A DNA stretch of 64,000 bases, taken from positions 17,608,001-17,672,000 of the forward strand of contig OZ059899.1 of the NCBI GenBank assembly GCA_964057225.1, written 5' to 3'. This document shows positions 54,531-64,000 of the stretch, piece after piece. The notes below the pieces were generated by a model, which made no database searches, was not told the origin of the DNA, and saw nothing but the letters and a program-made list of their open reading frames with translations. The first letter of the stretch is position 1. Each line of letters starts with the position of its first letter. A program made the translations under genes and the position numbers. The stretch is from Auanema rhodensis. Its lineage: Eukaryota > Animalia > Nematoda.

Positions 54531-57500
54531 AAAAAATTTCAAAATAATTTCGCAAAAAGTAAATGTTTTTAGATTCCTTTTTTCAAGGCAAAGACGATGG
54601 ACAATGTTATTCAACGAAAAAATTAATTCTGCAGGGTGAAAATCTAGGATATAAGTGTGAACTTATATCAGTTGATATCTCGGTGCATTTTTAAGCTAGC
54701 GCAAATCTGATAACACAGATCGACGCAGCTTAAAAATCCGCATCGAATGCACTATACTACATTGAAAAACGCTTAATACAAAAATTAGTTATGATTGTTT
54801 GAAAAAAGATGCATTAGTGTATGTTGAGTTTCCATGTACACTCAACATTGCTTCCAAAAACATTTTGACAAAAATTTTTCCGAAAAATTTCAAAATAATT
54901 TCGCAAAAAGTAGATGTTTTTAGATTCCTTTTTTCAAGGCAAAGACGATGGACAATGTTATTCAACGAAAAAATTAATTCTGCAGGGTGAAAATCGAGGA
55001 TATAAGTGTGAACTTATATCAGTTGATATCTCGGTGCATTTTTAAGCTAGCGCAAATCTGATAACACAGATCGACGCAGCTTAAAAATCCGCATCGAATG
55101 CACTATACTACATTGAAAAACGCTTAATACAAAAATTAGTTATGATTGTTTGAAAAAAGATGCATTAGTGTATGTTGAGTTTCCATGTACACTCAACATT
55201 GCTTCCAAAAACATTTTGACAAAAATTTTTCCAAAAAATTTCAAAATAATTTCGCAAAAAGTAAATGTTTTTAGATTCCTTTTTTCAAGGCAAAGACGAT
55301 GGACAATGTTATTCAACGAAAAAATTAATTCTGCAGGGTGAAAATCTAGGATATAAGTGTGAACTTATATCAGTTGATATCTCGGTGCATTTTTAAGCTA
55401 GCGCAAATCTGATAACACAGATCGACGCAGCTTAAAAATCCGCATCGAATGCACTATACTGCATTGAGAAACGCTTAATACAAAAGTTAGTTATGATCGT
55501 TTGAAAAATGATGCATTAGTGTATGTTGAGTTTCCATGTACACTCAACATTGCTTCCAAAAACATTTTGACAAAAATTTTTCCGAAAAATTTCAAAATAA
55601 TTTCGCAAAAAGTAGATGTTTTTAGATTCCTTTTTTCAAGGCAAAGACGATGGACAATGTTATTCAACGAAAAAATTAATTCTGCAGGGTGAAAATCGAG
55701 GATATAAGTGTGAACTTATATCAGTTGATATCTCGGTGCATTTTTAAGCTAGCGCAAATCTGATAACACAGATCGACGCAGCTTAAAAATCCGCATCGAA
55801 TGCACTATACTACATTGAAAAACGCTCAATACAAAAATTAGTTATGATCGTTTGAAAAAAGATGCATTAGTGTATGTTGAGTTTCCATGTACACTCAACA
55901 TTGCTTCCAAAAACATTTTGACAAAAATTTTTCCAAAAAATTTCAAAATAATTTCGCAAAAAGTAAATGTTTTTAGATTCCTTTTTTCAAGGCAAAGACG
56001 ATGGACAATGTTATTCAACGAAAAAATTAATTCTGCAGGGTGAAAATCGAGGATATAAGTGTGAACTTATATCAGTTGATATCTCGGTGCATTTTTAAGC
56101 TAGCGCAAATCTGATAACACAGATCGACGCAGCTTAAAAATCCGCATCGAATGCACTATACTACATTGAAAAACGCTTAATACAAAAATTAGTTATGATT
56201 GTTTGAAAAAAGATGCATTAGTGTATGTTGAGTTTCCATGTACACTCAACATTGCTTCCAAAAACATTTTGACAAAAATTTTTCCAAAAAATTTCAAAAT
56301 AATTTCGCAAAAAGTAAATGTTTTTAGATTCCTTTTTTCAAGGCAAAGACGATGGACAATGTTATTCAACGAAAAAATTAATTCTGCAGGGTGAAAATCT
56401 AGGATATAAGTGTGAACTTATATCAGTTGATATCTCGGTGCATTTTTAAGCTAGCGCAAATCTGATAACACAGATCGACGCAGCTTAAAAATCCGCATCG
56501 AATGCACTATACTACATTGAAAAACGCTTAATACAAAAATTAGTTATGATCGTTTGAAAAAAGATGCATTAGTGTATGTTGAGTTTCCATGTACACTCAA
56601 CATTGCTTCCAAAAACATTTTGACAAAAATTTTTCCAAAAAATTTCAAAATAATTTCGCAAAAAGTAAATGTTTTTAGATTCCTTTTTTCAAGGCAAAGA
56701 CGATGGACAATGTTATTCAACGAAAAAATTAATTCTGCAGGGTGAAAATCTAGGATATAAGTGTGAACTTATATCAGTTGATATCTCGGTGCATTTTTAA
56801 GCTAGCGCAAATCTGATAACACAGATCGACGCAGCTTAAAAATCCGCATCGAATGCACTATACTACATTGAAAAACGCTTAATACAAAAATTAGTTATGA
56901 TCGTTTGAAAAAAGATGCATTAGTGTATGTTGAGTTTCCATGTACACTCAACATTGCTTCCAAAAACATTTTGACAAAAATTTTTCCAAAAAATTTCAAA
57001 ATAATTTCGCAAAAAGTAAATGTTTTTAGATTCCTTTTTTCAAGGCAAAGACGATGGACAATGTTATTCAACGAAAAAATTAATTCTGCAGGGTGAAAAT
57101 CTAGGATATAAGTGTGAACTTATATCAGTTGATATCTCGGTGCATTTTTAAGCTAGCGCAAATCTGATAACACAGATCGACGCAGCTTAAAAATCCGCAT
57201 CGAATGCACTATACTACATTGAAAAACGCTTAATACAAAAATTAGTTATGATCGTTTGAAAAATGATGCATTAGTGTATGTTGAGTTTCCATGTACACTC
57301 AACATTGCTTCCAAAAACATTTTGACAAAAATTTTTCCGAAAAATTTCAAAATAATTTCGCAAAAAGTAGATGTTTTTAGATTCCTTTTTTCAAGGCAAA
57401 GACGATGGACAATGTTATTCAACGAAAAAATTAATTCTGCAGGGTGAAAATCGAGGATATAAGTGTGAACTTATATCAGTTGATATCTCGGTGCATTTTT

Positions 57501-60500
57501 AAGCTAGCGCAAATCTGATAACACAGATCGACGCAGCTTAAAAATCCGCATCGAATGCACTATACTACATTGAAAAACGCTTAATACAAAAATTAGTTAT
57601 GATCGTTTGAAAAAAGATGCATTAGTGTATGTTGAGTTTCCATGTACACTCAACATTGCTTCCAAAAACATTTTGACAAAAATTTTTCCAAAAAATTTCA
57701 AAATAATTTCGCAAAAAGTAAATGTTTTTAGATTCCTTTTTTCAAGGCAAAGACGATGGACAATGTTATTCAACGAAAAAATTAATTCTGCAGGGTGAAA
57801 ATCTAGGATATAAGTGTGAACTTATATCAGTTGATATCTCGGTGCATTTTTAAGCTAGCGCAAATCTGATAACACAGATCGACGCAGCTTAAAAATCCGC
57901 ATCGAATGCACTATACTACATTGAAAAACGCTTAATACAAAAATTAGTTATGATCGTTTGAAAAATGATGCATTAGTGTATGTTGAGTTTCCATGTACAC
58001 TCAACATTGCTTCCAAAAACATTTTGACAAAAATTTTTCCGAAAAATTTCAAAATAATTTCGCAAAAAGTAGATGTTTTTAGATTCCTTTTTTCAAGGCA
58101 AAGACGATGGACAATGTTATTCAACGAAAAAATTAATTCTGCAGGGTGAAAATCGAGGATATAAGTGTGAACTTATATCAGTTGATATCTCGGTGCATTT
58201 TTAAGCTAGCGCAAATCTGATAACACAGATCGACGCAGCTTAAAAATCCGCATCGAATGCACTATACTACATTGAAAAACGCTTAATACAAAAATTAGTT
58301 ATGATCGTTTGAAAAAAGATGCATTAGTGTATGTTGAGTTTCCATGTACACTCAACATTGCTTCCAAAAACATTTTGACAAAAATTTTTCCAAAAAATTT
58401 CAAGATAATTTCGCAAAAAGTAAATGTTTTTAGATTCCTTTTTTCAAGGCAAAGACGATGGACAATGTTATTCAACGAAAAAATTAATTCTGCAGGGTGA
58501 AAATCTAGGATATAAGTGTGAACTTATATCAGTTGATATCTCGGTGCATTTTTAAGCTAGCGCAAATCTGATAACACAGATCGACGCAGCTTAAAAATCC
58601 GCATCGAATGCACTATACTACATTGAAAAACGCTTAATACAAAAATTAGTTATGATCGTTTGAAAAATGATGCATTAGTGTATGTTGAGTTTCCATGTAC
58701 ACTCAACATTGCTTCCAAAAACATTTTGACAAAAATTTTTCCAAAAAATTTCAAAATAATTTCGCAAAAAGTAAATGTTTTTAGATTCCTTTTTTCAAGG
58801 CAAAGACGATGGACAATGTTATTCAACGAAAAAATTAATTCTGCAGGGTGAAAATCTAGGATATAAGTGTGAACTTATATCAGTTGATATCTCGGTGCAT
58901 TTTTAAGCTAGCGCAAATCTGATAACACAGATCGACGCAGCTTAAAAATCCGCATCGAATGCACTATACTACATTGAAAAACGCTTAATACAAAAATTAG
59001 TTATGATCGTTTGAAAAAAGATGCATTAGTGTATGTTGAGTTTCCATGTACACTCAACATTGCTTCCAAAAACATTTTGACAAAAATTTTTCCAAAAAAT
59101 TTCAAAATAATTTCGCAAAAAGTAAATGTTTTTAGATTCCTTTTTTCAAGGCAAAGACGATGGACAATGTTATTCAACGAAAAAATTAATTCTGCAGGGT
59201 GAAAATCTAGGATATAAGTGTGAACTTATATCAGTTGATATCTCGGTGCATTTTTAAGCTAGCGCAAATCTGATAACACAGATCGACGCAGCTTAAAAAT
59301 CCGCATCGAATGCACTATACTACATTGAAAAACGCTTAATACAAAAATTAGTTATGATCGTTTGAAAAAAGATGCATTAGTGTATGTTGAGTTTCCATGT
59401 ACACTCAACATTGCTTCCAAAAACATTTTGACAAAAATTTTTCCAAAAAATTTCAAAATAATTTCGCAAAAAGTAAATGTTTTTAGATTCCCTTTTTCAA
59501 GGCAAAGACGATGGACAATGTTATTCAACGAAAAAATTAATTCTGCAGGGTGAAAATCTAGGATATAAGTGTGAACTTATATCAGTTGATATCTCGGTGC
59601 ATTTTTAAGCTAGCGCAAATCTGATAACACAGATCGACGCAGCTTAAAAATCCGCATCGAATGCACTATACTACATTGAAAAACGCTTAATACAAAAATT
59701 AGTTATGATCGTTTGAAAAAAGATGCATTAGTGTATGTTGAGTTTCCATGTACACTCAACATTGCTTCCAAAAACATTTTGACAAAAATTTTTCCAAAAA
59801 ATTTCAAAATAATTTCGCAAAAAGTAAATGTTTTTAGATTCCTTTTTTCAAGGCAAAGACGATGGACAATGTTATTCAACGAAAAAATTAATTCTGCAGG
59901 GTGAAAATCTAGGATATAAGTGTGAACTTATATCAGTTGATATCTCGGTGCATTTTTAAGCTAGCGCAAATCTGATAACACAGATCGACGCAGCTTAAAA
60001 ATCCGCATCGAATGCACTATACTACATTGAAAAACGCTTAATACAAAAATTAGTTATGATCGTTTGAAAAAAGATGCATTAGTGTATGTTGAGTTTCCAT
60101 GTACACTCAACATTGCTTCCAAAAACATTTTGACAAAAATTTTTCCAAAAAATTTCAAAATAATTTCGCAAAAAGTAAATGTTTTTAGATTCCCTTTTTC
60201 AAGGCAAAGACGATGGACAATGTTATTCAACGAAAAAATTAATTCTGCAGGGTGAAAATCTAGGATATAAGTGTGAACTTATATCAGTTGATATCTCGGT
60301 GCATTTTTAAGCTAGCGCAAATCTGATAACACAGATCGACGCAGCTTAAAAATCCGCATCGAATGCACTATACTACATTGAAAAACGCTTAATACAAAAA
60401 TTAGTTATGATCGTTTGAAAAAAGATGCATTAGTGTATGTTGAGTTTCCATGTACACTCAACATTGCTTCCAAAAACATTTTGACAAAAATTTTTCCAAA

Positions 60501-63500
60501 AAATTTCAAAATAATTTCGCAAAAAGTAAATGGTTTTAGATTCCTTTTTTCAAGGCAAAGACGATGGACAATGTTATTCAACGAAAAAATTAATTCTGCA
60601 GGGTGAAAATCGAGGATATAAGTGTGAACTTATATCAGTTGATATCTCGGTGCATTTTTAAGCTAGCGCAAATCTGATAACACAGATCGACGCAGCTTAA
60701 AAATCCGCATCGAATGCACTATACTACATTGAAAAACGCTTAATACAAAAATTAGTTATGATTGTTTGAAAAAAGATGCATTAGTGTATGTTGAGTTTCC
60801 ATGTACACTCAACATTGCTTCCAAAAACATTTTGACAAAAATTTTTCCAAAAAATTTCAAGATAATTACGCAAAAAGTAAATGTTTTTAGATTCCTTTTT
60901 TCAAGGCAAAGACGATGGACAATGTTATTCAACGAAAAAATTAATTCTGCAGGGTGAAAATCGAGGATATAAGTGTGAACTTATATCAGTTGATATCTCG
61001 GTGCATTTTTAAGCTAGCGCAAATCTGATAACACAGATCGACGCAGCTTAAAAATCCGCATCGAATGCACTATACTACATTGAAAAACGCTTAATACAAA
61101 AATTAGTTATGATCGTTTGAAAAATGATGCATTAGTGTATGTTGAGTTTCCATGTACACTCAACATTGCTTCCAAAAACATTTTGACAAAAATTTTTCCG
61201 AAAAATTTCAAAATAATTTCGCAAAAAGTAGATGTTTTTAGATTCCTTTTTTCAAGGCAAAGACGATGGACAATGTTATTCAACGAAAAAATTAATTCTG
61301 CAGGGTGAAAATCGAGGATATAAGTGTGAACTTATATCAGTTGATATCTCGGTGCATTTTTAAGCTAGCGCAAATCTGATAACACAGATCGACGCAGCTT
61401 AAAAATCCGCATCGAATGCACTATACTACATTGAAAAACGCTTAATACAAAAATTAGTTATGATTGTTTGAAAAAAGATGCATTAGTGTATGTTGAGTTT
61501 CCATGTACACTCAACATTGCTTCCAAAAACATTTTGACAAAAATTTTTCCAAAAAATTTCAAGATAATTACGCAAAAAGTAAATGTTTTTAGATTCCTTT
61601 TTTCAAGGCAAAGACGATGGACAATGTTATTCAACGAAAAAATTAATTCTGCAGGGTGAAAATCGAGGATATAAGTGTGAACTTATATCAGTTGATATCT
61701 CGGTGCATTTTTAAGCTAGCGCAAATCTGATAACACAGATCGACGCAGCTTAAAAATCCGCATCGAATGCACTATACTACATTGAAAAACGCTTAATACA
61801 AAAATTAGTTATGATCGTTTGAAAAAAGATGCATTAGTGTATGTTGAGTTTCCATGTACACTCAACATTGCTTCCAAAAACATTTTGACAAAAATTTTTC
61901 CAAAAAATTTCAAAATAATTTCGCAAAAAGTAAATGTTTTTAGATTCCTTTTTTCAAGGCAAAGACGATGGACAATGTTATTCAACGAAAAAATTAATTC
62001 TGCAGGGTGAAAATCTAGGATATAAGTGTGAACTTATATCAGTTGATATCTCGGTGCATTTTTAAGCTAGCGCAAATCTGATAACACAGATCGACGCAGC
62101 TTAAAAATCCGCATCGAATGCACTATACTACATTGAAAAACGCTTAATACAAAAATTAGTTATGATCGTTTGAAAAAAGATGCATTAGTGTATGTTGAGT
62201 TTCCATGTACACTCAACATTGCTTCCAAAAACATTTTGACAAAAATTTTTCCAAAAAATTTCAAAATAATTTCGCAAAAAGTAAATGTTTTTAGATTCCT
62301 TTTTTCAAGGCAAAGACGATGGACAATGTTATTCAACGAAAAAATTAATTCTGCAGGGTGAAAATCTAGGATATAAGTGTGAACTTATATCAGTTGATAT
62401 CTCGGTGCATTTTTAAGCTAGCGCAAATCTGATAACACAGATCGACGCAGCTTAAAAATCCGCATCGAATGCACTATACTACATTGAAAAACGCTCAATA
62501 CAAAAATTAGTTATGATCGTTTGAAAAATGATGCATTAGTGTATGTTGAGTTTCCATGTACACTCAACATTGCTTCCAAAAACATTTTGACAAAAATTTT
62601 TCCAAAAAATTTCAAGATAATTTCGCAAAAAGTAAATGTTTTTAGATTCCTTTTTTCAAGGCAAAGACGATGGACAATGTTATTCAACGAAAAAATTAAT
62701 TCTGCAGGGTGAAAATCGAGGATATAAGTGTGAACTTATATCAGTTGATATCTCGGTGCATTTTTAAGCTAGCGCAAATCTGATAACACAGATCGACGCA
62801 GCTTAAAAATCCGCATCGAATGCACTATACTACATTGAAAAACGCTTAATACAAAAATTAGTTATGATCGTTTGAAAAATGATGCATTAGTGTATGTTGA
62901 GTTTCCATGTACACTCAACATTGCTTCCAAAAACATTTTGACAAAAATTTTTCCGAAAAATTTCAAAATAATTTCGCAAAAAGTAGATGTTTTTAGATTC
63001 CTTTTTTCAAGGCAAAGACGATGGACAATGTTATTTAACGAAAAAATTAATTCTGCAGGGTGAAAATCGAGGATATAAGTGTGAACTTATATCAGTTGAT
63101 ATCTCGGTGCATTTTTAAGCTAGCGCAAATCTGATAACACAGATCGACGCAGCTTAAAAATCCGCATCGAATGCACTATACTACATTGAAAAACGCTTAA
63201 TACAAAAATTAGTTATGATCGTTTGAAAAAAGATGCATTAGTGTATGTTGAGTTTCCATGTACACTCAACATTGCTTCCAAAAACATTTTGACAAAAATT
63301 TTTCCAAAAAATTTCAAAATAATTTCGCAAAAAGTAAATGTTTTTAGATTCCTTTTTTCAAGGCAAAGACGATGGACAATGTTATTCAACGAAAAAATTA
63401 ATTCTGCAGGGTGAAAATCTAGGATATAAGTGTGAACTTATATCAGTTGATATCTCGGTGCATTTTTAAGCTAGCGCAAATCTGATAACACAGATCGACG

Positions 63501-64000
63501 CAGCTTAAAAATCCGCATCGAATGCACTATACTACATTGAAAAACGCTTAATACAAAAATTAGTTATGATCGTTTGAAAAAAGATGCATTAGTGTATGTT
63601 GAGTTTCCATGTACACTCAACATTGCTTCCAAAAACATTTTGACAAAAATTTTTCCAAAAAATTTCAAAATAATTTCGCAAAAAGTAAATGTTTTTAGAT
63701 TCCTTTTTTCAAGGCAAAGACGATGGACAATGTTATTCAACGAAAAAATTAATTCTGCAGGGTGAAAATCTAGGATATAAGTGTGAACTTATATCAGTTG
63801 ATATCTCGGTGCATTTTTAAGCTAGCGCAAATCTGATAACACAGATCGACGCAGCTTAAAAATCCGCATCGAATGCACTATACTACATTGAAAAACGCTT
63901 AATACAAAAATTAGTGATGATCGTTTGAAAAAAGATGCATTAGTGTATGTTGAGTTTCCATGTACACTCAACATTGCTTCCAAAAACATTTTGACAAAAA

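Larger units (their letters stand above)
23811..64000 (+). repeat. 351-bp satellite array, right subfamily, inverted relative to the left array (about 114.5 monomers); continues beyond window end
   Basis: Starts abruptly at gctagcgcaaatc. Period is 351 (ORFs 23915, 24266...). Near-fixed alleles are ttctgcaggg (PstI site), aaggcaaag, ttttcc(g/a)aaa and tt(c/t)gcaaaa. Confidence 0.98.

Noticed and set aside
581-63765. More than 100 copies of a 62-73 aa ORF (MKNDALVYVEFPCTLNIA...) and its antisense partner as a tandem gene family
   Set aside because: Most starts are TTG and no domain is recognisable. Many variants are non-synonymous. Stop alleles (aagtaa, aggtga) and frameshifts have been amplified along with intact copies. 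ORF persistence simply reflects monomer identity.
1-64000. CRISPR array or repeat-spacer system
   Set aside because: There are no unique spacers; entire monomers are repeated, and there are no cas-like genes.
23811-64000. Tandem 5S rRNA, tRNA or spliced-leader RNA gene array
   Set aside because: I see no recognisable 5S, tRNA or SL sequence or Pol III boxes by eye. An Rfam/Infernal scan would be the decisive test.

Overview
The whole 64 kb is AT-rich tandem satellite DNA, most likely eukaryotic centromeric or pericentromeric heterochromatin. I cannot identify the species or family, and I find no credible gene, RNA gene, CRISPR array or intact mobile element. There are four abutting blocks. 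(1) 1-11023: a 351-bp satellite, about 32 monomers, heterogeneous, with nested higher-order duplications. (2) 11025-13544: an apparently unrelated 182-bp satellite, about 14 monomers. (3) 13546-23810: the same 182-bp satellite inverted, about 56 monomers. (4) 23811-64000: the 351-bp satellite in the opposite orientation to block 1, about 114.5 monomers, a distinct and more homogeneous subfamily arranged in haplotype layers. The overall layout is a nested macro-dyad (351 | 182 >< 182 | 351). The array breakpoints at 13544 and 23810 fall in the same AATATT site of the 182-mer, which points to an in-place 10.3-kb inversion. A 4-monomer island of left-type 351-mers is inserted in register in the right array. 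The 351-mer is rich in dyads, including an apparently invariant 28-bp dyad box. All listed 62-73 aa ORFs are by-products of the repeat. Strand labels for repeats are only an orientation convention, and all comparisons were made by eye.
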